Shown: piece by piece, positions 1 to 8,705 of the stretch
How positions within the stretch are numbered: the first letter of the stretch is position 1
How the letters are laid out: each line of letters starts with the position of its first letter
Source: a virus
Lineage: Duplodnaviria > Caudoviricetes
Strand: one strand, 5' to 3'
IMG/VR virus record: IMGVR_UViG_3300021960_000068
Location: 1 to 63,990 of that record
DNA length: 63,990 nucleotides
The notes under the pieces: generated by a model
What the model was told of the DNA's origin: nothing
The model's input: only the letters and a program-made list of their open reading frames with translations
Databases searched by the model: none
Translations under genes and position numbers: made by a program

Positions 1-303
1 CTTCATCTTTAGTTTTAATCTGCATCTTTAACAAATGTACCGTTAACCATTTTACCCGTGCGCTTTGCAATGACATCATACGCAGACTTAATACAGTCTT
101 CAATAAACATATCTTCAAACTTAGCGATGCTTGTAAGCACAACAATCATATCACCTATAGCATCTTGTATTTCTGCTTTGTCGTTTTTAAGTAACGCCTC
201 TGCAAGCTCACCTGATTCTTCCATAAGCTTTAGATACTGAGTTCTAGCATCACCTTTATCGTATATGCCTTTGTCAGTAGCCCAACTACGTATGTCATCA
301 AAC
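1..303. repeat. Terminal direct repeat / circular overlap, copy 1
   Basis: Matches 63688-63990 except at positions 5, 42, 66, 72 and 177. Confidence 0.95.
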
Positions 304-773
304 ACATTACCCGGTGTTTCATCTAACGCTGGTTCAGCGATGAAAGCCTCGTAATAAGCTTTGTTATATATATAACTACGATCTTCGTTATACATAGACG
401 TTTTAGCATTAGCCATTATCCATGGTATCGTTTGCTCGTTAATCTCGAACTGGCCGTGATACGTTCGCCATTTTAAACCTACGCTATCCATTAAATGTCC
501 TTTGAGTTTGTTTAAAGGTACTGGAAATGTTGAGGTTTGTTCTGTTGCGTTTATCTTCATTTTATTAAATAAATTTTTATACAATTTCCTGTCTGTCTTA
601 TAGCCATAAGACTTTTGAAGTTCTATTTCGCGGTCTGATATATAATCTATATCGTCTGACTGCTCAAGAACTTCATACTCATTCTCCTTATATCCTTGTA
701 TAAGGGTTACGCGGGTATTAAGATCACGTGTTACGCCTATCTTTTTACCCGGTATGTGATACAAATAATACAT
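15..773 (-). CDS. MazG-like NTP pyrophosphohydrolase (C-terminal) fused to a GIY-YIG-like N-terminal region
   Basis: C-terminal KLMEESGELAEA...DAIGDMIVVL (ExxE/D motif of all-alpha NTP-PPases); N-terminal YYLYHIPGKKIGVT...R...E. Confidence 0.8.
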   Translation of the reverse strand: MYYLYHIPGKKIGVTRDLNTRVTLIQGYKENEYEVLEQSDDIDYISDREIELQKSYGYKTDRKLYKNLFNKMKINATEQTSTFPVPLNKLKGHLMDSVGLKWRTYHGQFEINEQTIPWIMANAKTSMYNEDRSYIYNKAYYEAFIAEPALDETPGNVFDDIRSWATDKGIYDKGDARTQYLKLMEESGELAEALLKNDKAEIQDAIGDMIVVLTSIAKFEDMFIEDCIKSAYDVIAKRTGKMVNGTFVKDAD

Positions 774-1427
774 CTAATTTAATTTATCGTTATACAAATG
801 TAAGTTGTGTGCGTGATGGTAATACCAGCCGGTTTGAATAGACAATCTGTCTGCGACCATCTCTTGCAATGATGCAAACTGATACTGATCATTACAGAAA
901 CCGTACCATAGATCATTAGATCGCATATAGACAGACATACAAAGCTTATCATCAATGATACTAAACTGAACTGCATATGTACAGGGTGTGTCGTGTCTGT
1001 AATCGTATATTTCTTTACCATCATATATACTTATAGCAGCTTGCCTAGTGCTTTTATTCTTCCTAAGTATGTCTACTACTTTACCTAACTGGTTTTCTCT
1101 GTTCCATTGCCAACCATAATTAGAGTTGACATTGCCGTTAGCATCTGCCATACGTTTCCATATCTCAGGTATCTTACCATATAGCTCACCTAACTTACTT
1201 ATATTTCTGTTACCAGATAAATACCAAGCCCACTCGGCCGCAGCATATTTCTGATTCCATTTTCTATATCCTGCTTTTATCTTCTTATCAGAAGGGTTGT
1301 GAATATAAAACCCAACATTAAACAAAGCTTTAGTGTTATCAAAGTCTACACCTTTATCTTTTATCTTGATGTAGAAATAATCAAAAGCTTCGCTTGCTGT
1401 TTTGAAATTACTCTTTGTGCTTATCAT
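774..1427 (-). CDS. Thymidylate synthase-fold enzyme, most like dCMP hydroxymethylase (T4 gp42 type)
   Basis: IPEIW...NSNYGW, catalytic PCT, and MRSNDLWYGFCND with Asp at the ThyA Asn177 position. Confidence 0.8.
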   Translation of the reverse strand: MISTKSNFKTASEAFDYFYIKIKDKGVDFDNTKALFNVGFYIHNPSDKKIKAGYRKWNQKYAAAEWAWYLSGNRNISKLGELYGKIPEIWKRMADANGNVNSNYGWQWNRENQLGKVVDILRKNKSTRQAAISIYDGKEIYDYRHDTPCTYAVQFSIIDDKLCMSVYMRSNDLWYGFCNDQYQFASLQEMVADRLSIQTGWYYHHAHNLHLYNDKLN

Positions 1428-1668
1428 AATAATATTTATAAAACTTATAAATGTTCTCCCATATCATATCTTTAATGTATATACTAGGGGATCTGTTTAT
1501 TTTACCGTTTAACGTTATATCTATATACCATTCAGCTGGACCTTTAGCAAAGGGTGATATGTATATCTTGTTTCGTATACACCATAGCCTAGCCTCGTAT
1601 TCTTCTTCGGTAGGGCTGTAGCTACCCATATCCCACTCTTTGTTTTTCTTATGCCAAGCCGCTGCCAT
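1408..1668 (-). CDS. Hypothetical protein
   Basis: 86-aa ORF packed between primase and the TS-fold gene. Confidence 0.7.
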   Translation of the reverse strand: MAAAWHKKNKEWDMGSYSPTEEEYEARLWCIRNKIYISPFAKGPAEWYIDITLNGKINRSPSIYIKDMIWENIYKFYKYYYDKHKE

Positions 1669-3381
1669 TTATTCCCATGGCATTTTTTCACCATCAGCAA
1701 TTGCGTGCTGTACGTGAGGTGCAAACCTACCCGAGGCTGGTTGCCATTTGAAATGAGCTTCAGCACCGTTTTCACCTAAGTTTTGAAACTTTACTTTAAG
1801 TATCTTTGCTTTAACGGTTTTCTCTTCATAGTCTCTGTGGACTAATATACCGTGATAACTAGCATCGTACCATTCGCCTCCACCTTTAATGTTATACATA
1901 GTCGGCTCTTCAATCTTACCGTCTTTGTCTTTATACATCTTAGTTGGGTGCGCTACAATAAACACTAGCACATCATACTTTTTAGCAAACATTTCTATCT
2001 TAGTTAGATACTCCATGGTGTACCTGTTGACGTCTTCTGTTTTACAATCAACGTCTCGTACTTTATTAAACGGATCTATAACAAGGCATTTAATACCTTT
2101 GCGCTTAACAAGCTCAGCACCTTTACGTAGCACTGACTCAAGCGTGTAACGTTCCATATCAATATGAAAAAAGTTATCGTTACAATGTTCAGCTACTTGT
2201 CTCCACTTGTCTGTACCGATATCCTTTTTAGAAGGCATATCTCCCCAGACTTTACGCATTAGCTTATGAGCATGTAAATATGTCGGCGCATTTTCTGGAC
2301 TAGCGAATGCTGTTTTCCAACCATAATTAGCGTTGTACCCAACAACCATTTGATCGACAAAGTCACTCTTGCCGGAACTAGGGATGCCAGTGACAGTAAT
2401 AAATTGACCAGTGTAAGTCGAAAAGATATCATCAAAATTTGGTAAGCCAACTTGATATCCTGGTTTAAAGCCATTCGTAACAAAGTCGGTAACCTCATTT
2501 TCAATATCCCTGAACGTCGTAACATTCTCAAGCGGTACTGGTCTTGCTCTTGAAATACGCTCTGCCAGTTTTTCTTTTCCATACTTAATTAAATATTCAT
2601 TAGCGTCTTTACACTCTTCAAAGTCTGCTAAGAAACAAACTTCAGCACCTAGCCTTCTAACTAGTTCTTGTTGTAACGCTTGACCAGCGTCATCAGAGTC
2701 AACAGCTAGTATTACTTTTTCTTTATCTTCAAAGTAATCAATACAATTATCTAGGTAATCTAGGTTGTTTGTATTAAGCGTTGCTCCGTTTGGAACTGAT
2801 ATAGCGTTTTTAATACCAGCTTCATACAAAGCTAGCACGTCCATTTCACCTTCAGTTATTACACAGTGATCATAACCAACAATGCTGTTGATATTGTAAA
2901 ATACTTTTTCAGCTCCTTTGTAAAGCTTAAAGTTTTTACGACCGTCTCTGTATTTTATATTGATGAGTTGATCACCCATTATATAATTAAACTGAATTGT
3001 ATTCTCGGTTTTACCGGTCTGTGGCATCCACTCAGGACCTTGCCCGACTTTTAAATCGTCAAGAGTCCTTTGTGATATACCTCGTGATTCAAACCATTCA
3101 GTTACTTTGTTTTCAACAGGTAAGTACTTAGTTACTTCAGGTCTAACGTAGACTTTTTCACTAGCACCTTTACGTTGATACGTATGTAACTGAAAAGTTG
3201 TATTACAATTATGACAAGTACCGAGACCACGTTCCCAATCATAGCTAGCACATTCGGCTTTCTGGTTTTTGGGTTGTCTATCATGAGAACACAACGGGCA
3301 TACGCCCTGTGATTTGCCCTCTTTAAGACCGTAATGATTGAACTCGTCAATCAAAAATCCATTGATCTCTGTTGTCTGCAT
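1669..3381 (-). CDS. DNA primase-helicase (Zn finger + TOPRIM + SF4/Twinkle-like helicase)
   Basis: CPLC...CHNC, ITEGEMD, DSDDAG, KDANE, Walker A GIPSSGKS, Walker B LVIDP, AHP. Confidence 0.95.
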   Translation of the reverse strand: MQTTEINGFLIDEFNHYGLKEGKSQGVCPLCSHDRQPKNQKAECASYDWERGLGTCHNCNTTFQLHTYQRKGASEKVYVRPEVTKYLPVENKVTEWFESRGISQRTLDDLKVGQGPEWMPQTGKTENTIQFNYIMGDQLINIKYRDGRKNFKLYKGAEKVFYNINSIVGYDHCVITEGEMDVLALYEAGIKNAISVPNGATLNTNNLDYLDNCIDYFEDKEKVILAVDSDDAGQALQQELVRRLGAEVCFLADFEECKDANEYLIKYGKEKLAERISRARPVPLENVTTFRDIENEVTDFVTNGFKPGYQVGLPNFDDIFSTYTGQFITVTGIPSSGKSDFVDQMVVGYNANYGWKTAFASPENAPTYLHAHKLMRKVWGDMPSKKDIGTDKWRQVAEHCNDNFFHIDMERYTLESVLRKGAELVKRKGIKCLVIDPFNKVRDVDCKTEDVNRYTMEYLTKIEMFAKKYDVLVFIVAHPTKMYKDKDGKIEEPTMYNIKGGGEWYDASYHGILVHRDYEEKTVKAKILKVKFQNLGENGAEAHFKWQPASGRFAPHVQHAIADGEKMPWE

Positions 3382-3385
3382 TTAA

Positions 3386-3457
3386 TTAATCTTCTATTAG
3401 TGTTACATTACCATCATTATCTGTATTGATACTAATGTAATCGTTTTCATCTATCAT
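3386..3457 (-). CDS. Acidic 23-aa micro-ORF (MIDENDYISINTDNDGNVTLIED)
   Basis: ATGA-coupled to the upstream micro-ORF; fills the gap before primase. Confidence 0.4.
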   Translation of the reverse strand: MIDENDYISINTDNDGNVTLIED

Positions 3458-3540
3458 TGGTCTCTGCATTCTGGACATATATCGCAAAAGTCATATTCCT
3501 CCTGCGACATTTTCTCGTTACACATTTCGCACAGTGGCAT
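3454..3540 (-). CDS. 28-aa Cys-rich zinc-ribbon micro-protein
   Basis: MPLCEMCNEKMSQEEYDFCDICPECRDQ; TAATG overlap with the SSB stop codon. Confidence 0.6.
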   Translation of the reverse strand: MPLCEMCNEKMSQEEYDFCDICPECRDQ

Positions 3541-3848
3541 TAGAACGGTAAGTCTTCTTCAACAGCCGCCGGCTGTGGTGCTTGCTTTGGTTGATCATCG
3601 CGTGGCGCTGCGGCTACGTTATTACCATTAGTCCATACTACCTGTACATTACCAAGGTAAGTCTTCTTTTCTTGAGCTTCTCGCTCTTCTTTTGTTTGCG
3701 CGACAACGATAGGACCTTGATTACCAAACTGATCTGATTCGTCATTAATAGTTATTGTTATCGGTAAGTATTTACCTTTCTTACCTGGAATAATTTTATC
3801 TTTAGGTATTTCAGATAGGTTAATACTTGCTTTAATTATACTTGCCAT
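3540..3848 (-). CDS. Single-stranded DNA-binding protein-like
   Basis: Acidic C-terminal EEDLPF tail, YLGNVQVVW, replication context. Confidence 0.7.
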   Translation of the reverse strand: MASIIKASINLSEIPKDKIIPGKKGKYLPITITINDESDQFGNQGPIVVAQTKEEREAQEKKTYLGNVQVVWTNGNNVAAAPRDDQPKQAPQPAAVEEDLPF

Positions 3849-4027
3849 TATGCGTAGTTATTGATTTGGTTAAACATGCGCTGCAACTGATCTTTAGTAG
3901 CGTTGCTATTGCGTCGTAGATTATCTACTGCTTTAACATGGTTTTGATTAGCATAAAAATTGTTTACACTAGTTTCAACTCCTGTTACTGTACAAACTTT
4001 AGTTTGATTTTTTCTAGCTCGTGCCAT
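3848..4027 (-). CDS. Hypothetical protein (likely start MARARK)
   Basis: ORF coupled to the SSB start. Confidence 0.6.
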   Translation of the reverse strand: MARARKNQTKVCTVTGVETSVNNFYANQNHVKAVDNLRRNSNATKDQLQRMFNQINNYA

Positions 4028-4037
4028 AATAATTGGT

Positions 4038-4766
4038 TTAAAGGGTTTCGTTAATAAAAAATTGTGAAGGATCAAAACCTTCTTGTCTATAAAATAATTG
4101 GTATTGTTCAACTGCTTTCTTTACTTTATCAGCTCCACGCTGTAAAAACTCAGGCGAGCAATCGAATATACCTATTTGATGTGTTGTTTTATCTATTGCA
4201 ATAAACAACATCTCGTAACCAAACAACTGTTGGTATATGTAAGCCTGACTGTCGTAGTTATATTTAGATGCTGACCATCTAAACTTATTAAGATCTGCTG
4301 TTGTCTTCAAATCAATGATAAGTTTCTCATCGTGATTTAATATATCAGCTTTACCTTTCCACAACTCATTTTCTAGCTCACCAATACCAGGTACTTCGTA
4401 GTCGCAATTACCTCTGATAAGACCTTCACAAACATCGTTTGATAAAATCTTATCTGTCATCAGCTCGATCATATCGACTTCAGACTGAAGCAAGCACAAT
4501 TCACCACCTGATATCTCTTTGTATGCTTTAGTATTCCTGTTAGACGATTCTACAACCTTAAAGTTTTTAAGTTTTTCAGGTTCTAGTATCGCCGTGTGGA
4601 AATACCCACCAATTAAAAAGGCAGGTATTTGCTTTGACGGTTTACCTAAAGCTAAAGGATCTTTTAAAAGTGTAGATATATCAGAGTTACTAAGGTACTG
4701 CTTACCGAAGTCACCATAGTAATGCTCATCAATCTTAAGCTTTTCAATAATCTCATTCTTGCTCAT
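4038..4766 (-). CDS. PD-(D/E)XK exonuclease (RecE/DUF3799-like)
   Basis: LSNS, GGYFH, KGKADIL...IIDLKTT, YDSQAYIY; adjacent to ERF; probable start MSKNE at 4766. Confidence 0.85.
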   Translation of the reverse strand: MSKNEIIEKLKIDEHYYGDFGKQYLSNSDISTLLKDPLALGKPSKQIPAFLIGGYFHTAILEPEKLKNFKVVESSNRNTKAYKEISGGELCLLQSEVDMIELMTDKILSNDVCEGLIRGNCDYEVPGIGELENELWKGKADILNHDEKLIIDLKTTADLNKFRWSASKYNYDSQAYIYQQLFGYEMLFIAIDKTTHQIGIFDCSPEFLQRGADKVKKAVEQYQLFYRQEGFDPSQFFINETL

Positions 4767-5307
4767 ACTTTTTAAGTTGCGCTTTAGCTGGTATAGATAC
4801 TTTGTACTTTGTGTTGATAGCATTCATTGTGCCACCAGCTTTTATGTACTCCACTGCTTTCTTAAAAGCATCAGTATTTATATCCAACGTTGGTTTAGAT
4901 TTAGCCTCGGCTTTTCCGTGGTCATTGGACGCATCTGAGTCTTGCGTATCATCTATTAGGAATAAATTTCCTAATGCGTATTTCTTCCCATAACTTGAAG
5001 CAGAACCAAACTGCTGCGGTACTTGCATGCCTTTCTGAGCTAGGTCTACACCTACAACTGCTTTAGCAGATATTGATGCTTCACCATCAGAGATAGTTGC
5101 AGTCGACTCAATCATAGGTACGCTATCAAATAACGTTAGCACCTCTTCGTTTATCGTGACTGATACTCCTAACTCTAGTAGAAAGGGTTTTGTTGCTTCA
5201 AGAATGTCTTCGGCTGATCGGAAGTAGTATTTGCCGAATGAATTAAACCTACTTTTCTTCGATTTAAATTTTGTCTGGATAATAGCCAGCTTTTCATTTA
5301 GTGTCAT
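4753..5307 (-). CDS. ERF-family ssDNA annealing protein
   Basis: NSFGKYYFRSAEDIL and GSASSYGKKYALGNLFLIDD. Confidence 0.9.
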   Translation of the reverse strand: MTLNEKLAIIQTKFKSKKSRFNSFGKYYFRSAEDILEATKPFLLELGVSVTINEEVLTLFDSVPMIESTATISDGEASISAKAVVGVDLAQKGMQVPQQFGSASSYGKKYALGNLFLIDDTQDSDASNDHGKAEAKSKPTLDINTDAFKKAVEYIKAGGTMNAINTKYKVSIPAKAQLKKYEQE

Positions 5308-5331
5308 AGGTATATTGGTATTTACTTATTA

Positions 5332-5361
5332 ATATAATTACACATAAAAATACAGTTTTAC
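5332..5361 (-). promoter_or_regulatory. Putative class II (middle/late) promoter GTAAA-N15-GTAATTATAT
   Basis: Same spacing and boxes as 15642-15671 and 23784-23813; upstream of ERF. Confidence 0.55.
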
Positions 5362-5370
5362 AATTATAAC

Positions 5371-6129
5371 TTACAGATAGTCAATCACTTGCGAGTGATC
5401 AACGTTGTCAATTAATTTCTGTACGGCTTGCTTTTTTAGCTCACTTACACGCACATAATTGCTTGTACCTTCTATGTTTAGTTTAGCCGCGATATCTTTA
5501 GCTTGATGCTTATCGCAGTCGAGTCCGTAGCTTAATCTTAGCACCTCGTACTCTTTTTCGTTTAGGTGCTTTTGAAGTAAGCCTTTGAGATAAATATTCA
5601 GTAGAGCTATATTGTATGGCTCTGATTTATCCGCGATTTGATGTATCATCATTTCGCCTTCGTCATTAGCCGGTTGCGCATCTATAGATAAAAATATAGA
5701 ATTAAAAAACATTGCAACCATTTTATGATCTTTAGGGTTTTTACGTATTTCGTTCATCTTATGCTCAGGTATACGTATATCGCCCCTGTGCATATCAATA
5801 CGCCTACGTATAGCACCTTTAATACGTTTACTAAAAAACGATTTTAAGGTTTTTTCTAAGTCATCAGAATCATCTAGCTTTTCCCAAAGAAGTTTATCAA
5901 CTGATTTAATTAAAGCTTCATTGCCGATTTGTATAAGATCGTTTATACTAAGTACGCCTGATGCTTGTTGTGTAGTTGAAAACTTACGCGCTAGATTTTC
6001 TACAAGCGGCATAAACTTAACTATAAGCTCATTACGTGTGTAATCTTTAAAATCCCAATTACCTTCAGGCATAGAAGCTTTTAAGTCTTCTTTGTACCTT
6101 ATATAGTTCTGTACGTTATACTTTTTCAT
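5371..6129 (-). CDS. Sigma-70-family RNA polymerase sigma factor
   Basis: Region 2 (PLVENLARKF...DLIQIGNEALIKSVDK, IRIP) and region 4 (LNEKEYEVLRLSYGL...DIAAKL). Confidence 0.9.
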   Translation of the reverse strand: MKKYNVQNYIRYKEDLKASMPEGNWDFKDYTRNELIVKFMPLVENLARKFSTTQQASGVLSINDLIQIGNEALIKSVDKLLWEKLDDSDDLEKTLKSFFSKRIKGAIRRRIDMHRGDIRIPEHKMNEIRKNPKDHKMVAMFFNSIFLSIDAQPANDEGEMMIHQIADKSEPYNIALLNIYLKGLLQKHLNEKEYEVLRLSYGLDCDKHQAKDIAAKLNIEGTSNYVRVSELKKQAVQKLIDNVDHSQVIDYL

Positions 6130-6751
6130 CTTCTTTTAGTTGCTGATTTAATAATTCTTTTTCTTTTTTAAGCTCATTACCTATATTACGATATATAGTT
6201 CTTGCTGAGCAATTAAAATACTTAGCAAGCTTGTCTATAGTGATAACATCTTGCATTTCGTTTAGAATTAGCATAGCATCGTATATATCATCTTGTGTAA
6301 CAGTTTTAGTTCTACCCATAATACTACCAACAATGTGTAGCTTTTCGGATGGTGTTAGCTGACAAGTATCTTTAAAAATAATCTTACGCATTTTATTACG
6401 TGGAGGTTCTTCTAAATCATACATACTTACATCATAGATAATATTCTTTAATAGCTGTTCTGAAACAGTAAATGTTACAAAGCCGTTTTTCTTATTGCAA
6501 ATATTTCTAGCTACATATTCAAACTCATCTTGATCCATAGCAGGATTAAGATACCATATAACTAGCAGATGCCATTTTAAAGAACGATACGTTGTAATCT
6601 TAGCTTTAGTTCTAAATAGATCGTAGCACTGGTGTGTACCATTATAGTACACAGTGCCCCAATCATGCACCTCATCAGGATAATCACTGATAGGTTCTCG
6701 TCGGTATATGATACGGTTGCTGTCTAAAAATTTGGTATTTCGGTATGACAT
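6116..6751 (-). CDS. HTH DNA-binding protein, possible replication initiator
   Basis: C-terminal HTH TIDKLAKYFNCSARTIYRNI; start codon lies inside an inverted repeat also found at 15583-15627. Confidence 0.6.
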   Translation of the reverse strand: MSYRNTKFLDSNRIIYRREPISDYPDEVHDWGTVYYNGTHQCYDLFRTKAKITTYRSLKWHLLVIWYLNPAMDQDEFEYVARNICNKKNGFVTFTVSEQLLKNIIYDVSMYDLEEPPRNKMRKIIFKDTCQLTPSEKLHIVGSIMGRTKTVTQDDIYDAMLILNEMQDVITIDKLAKYFNCSARTIYRNIGNELKKEKELLNQQLKEDEKV

Positions 6752-6788
6752 TAGCCTATTACTTATTACTATTAGGGGCTGTTGTCAC
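6745..6788. promoter_or_regulatory. Inverted-repeat operator-like site, copy 1
   Basis: TGACATTAG-(AT-rich)-AGGGGCTGTTGTCAC. Confidence 0.65.
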
Positions 6789-6880
6789 AGTCCCGTGTGG
6801 TTTTAACGTACATATAATAATATGCTCGTTTATAAAATCATCTTCTTCTCTAAGCCTCATAAATAATTCTTTAGTTTTAC

Positions 6881-7072
6881 TCATTTTAAAAATGTTATTA
6901 GTTTGAGTCGTTTGTTATATTTATGAAATAAATTAACTTTATTTTCATTTATTTTTAACACTAATGCGTCATTAAGTATTTGATACTTTAGATGCCAAAT
7001 GCTATTTTCCAGGTACTTTACGTGGCGCTTTTTTCTTTTGAAAAGCTTTAACTTTTGTTGCAATTTTTCCAT
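6881..7072 (-). CDS. Hypothetical basic protein
   Basis: ORF within the operon. Confidence 0.55.
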   Translation of the reverse strand: MEKLQQKLKLFKRKKRHVKYLENSIWHLKYQILNDALVLKINENKVNLFHKYNKRLKLITFLK

Positions 7073-7074
7073 AA

Positions 7075-7554
7075 TTAACTGATATAATGTGGTCGTATAA
7101 TTTTCTGCTCATTTTTGTTTTTTACTGTGTGTTTTTCGTTTTCATAATAATTCCAATATGCTGTAACGCTATCGTTATTAACTTTATACTCGTCAGGCAT
7201 ACACTGCGGTGGTTCTGTAAATGTTTCAGAAGTAATACCGTCAGGACAAAAGCTTAATGCGTATCTGCATTTATCTATAGTCATATGGATTTTACCATAT
7301 CTTTTAGTATACTCTTGCCCTAACGCTATCATGTGCTCGTACAACCAAAAATAATTTGGCCTGCTTTCCCTTACCCATATAGTAGACGGGTGATTTAAGT
7401 GTGCTTGTCTGTAAGGCACATCATTGGGATCACCATACACGTGATGTGCGGTGCAAAGCATTTGAGCTGATTCCAATATCATCTTTACTTTGTGCTTGTC
7501 ATAAAAATAACTAGCAGCTCTGTAAGGATCGTGATCGAGATAAAATATATTCAT
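7075..7554 (-). CDS. Pyrimidine-dimer DNA glycosylase (DenV/endonuclease V-like)
   Basis: MNIFYLD...DKHKVKMILESAQML...HLNHPSTIW...PQCMPDEY. Confidence 0.85.
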   Translation of the reverse strand: MNIFYLDHDPYRAASYFYDKHKVKMILESAQMLCTAHHVYGDPNDVPYRQAHLNHPSTIWVRESRPNYFWLYEHMIALGQEYTKRYGKIHMTIDKCRYALSFCPDGITSETFTEPPQCMPDEYKVNNDSVTAYWNYYENEKHTVKNKNEQKIIRPHYIS

Positions 7555-7629
7555 TCGTAGTGCTTATCTAATAACATATGAGCAACTTCTTCGCTAATCA
7601 TATTGTCATTATAAAGTTTCCATATTAAT

Positions 7630-8463
7630 TTACTCATAATTTCTAATTGTTTTGTAAAGAGGGTGTCTGTAGCTACCGGCTTTAGTACGTTCGAAGTACG
7701 TAAATGTAGCTATTTTACCGATATAGTCGTGAATATTTTCTAGTATATAACGACGATCAGAGTAGTTGTAACCCTTACCGATTGGACAACCAAACTCATT
7801 ACCATCATCATCTACCATCAAGAACTTACCAATAAGACCTGTAAACTTACCTTTACCAGCTTCATAGCCAATAATAGTAGCTTCGGTGTCACTGAAGTCT
7901 TTGAATTTTTGTAGGTTGTAGCTACGTTTTTGCTCATACGGACCGTTAAGTCTTAGTATAGAGCCTTCGTAACCTTGTTTTAAAAAGCCGTCGTAGTGTA
8001 CGTTAGCAGCCTCTTCATACTTGTTAACCTGTATAGTTTCAACAGATATAACTGAATCTGACCATAAGTTTTTACTTGACAATAGCCAGTTAAGTCTGTC
8101 TTCGTAACTAGGACCTTCAGCTATCATATCGTATACATGGTATTGTATTAGTCTATGTGCATTTAGACGATCCTCGTCAGTCGGTTTTTGTTTTCTGACC
8201 AATGATATGATTTGTTCGAAATCGTCTCTTAGATCGTGATTATACAACTCACCATCAAGAACAGCATTAGGTTGCTGATCAAAGAACTTTTCAAGATCTA
8301 TCTTAATATGTTGTAAGTTGTGGAACTCTTTACCGGTACGTGAGTACGCACCATCTTTAGTAAATATACAGCGCACGCCATCGAGCTTAGGTTGTATAAA
8401 AACCTTCTCTGAGAAATCAATTCTGTTCTCATTTACTTTATGCGCTAGCATAGGTTTTATCAT
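7630..8463 (-). CDS. ATP-dependent DNA ligase
   Basis: QPKLDGVR (KxDG), LDGELY, EGSILR, KFK motifs. Confidence 0.95.
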   Translation of the reverse strand: MIKPMLAHKVNENRIDFSEKVFIQPKLDGVRCIFTKDGAYSRTGKEFHNLQHIKIDLEKFFDQQPNAVLDGELYNHDLRDDFEQIISLVRKQKPTDEDRLNAHRLIQYHVYDMIAEGPSYEDRLNWLLSSKNLWSDSVISVETIQVNKYEEAANVHYDGFLKQGYEGSILRLNGPYEQKRSYNLQKFKDFSDTEATIIGYEAGKGKFTGLIGKFLMVDDDGNEFGCPIGKGYNYSDRRYILENIHDYIGKIATFTYFERTKAGSYRHPLYKTIRNYE

Positions 8464-8705
8464 AATTTTCCGTATTTAGTTTGTAATCTTTCTATTTTTC
8501 TTTTAATTATAGCTGCTTTCTCATATTCCTCTTTGTCTTCATACGTTGACAATAGGGTCATAAGTCGCGCTAGTTCTCCTATCATTATCTCTTCATCTGT
8601 TGCGGGTGGAAACTGAGTAATCTCAAGGTCACCTGAATCAAATAAAGTTTTAATAATTTTATCAGCAATTTTATCTGCTAGATAATCTAGTTCTTTTTCT
8701 GTCAT
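8460..8705 (-). CDS. Hypothetical protein with UVR-like C-terminal motif
   Basis: EEYEKAAIIKRKI. Confidence 0.6.
   Translation of the reverse strand: MTEKELDYLADKIADKIIKTLFDSGDLEITQFPPATDEEIMIGELARLMTLLSTYEDKEEYEKAAIIKRKIERLQTKYGKL

Noticed and set aside
774-1427. Plain thyA annotation
   Set aside because: The specificity residue is Asp (GFCND) and flanking motifs match the dCMP hydroxymethylase type, so the symbol is withheld
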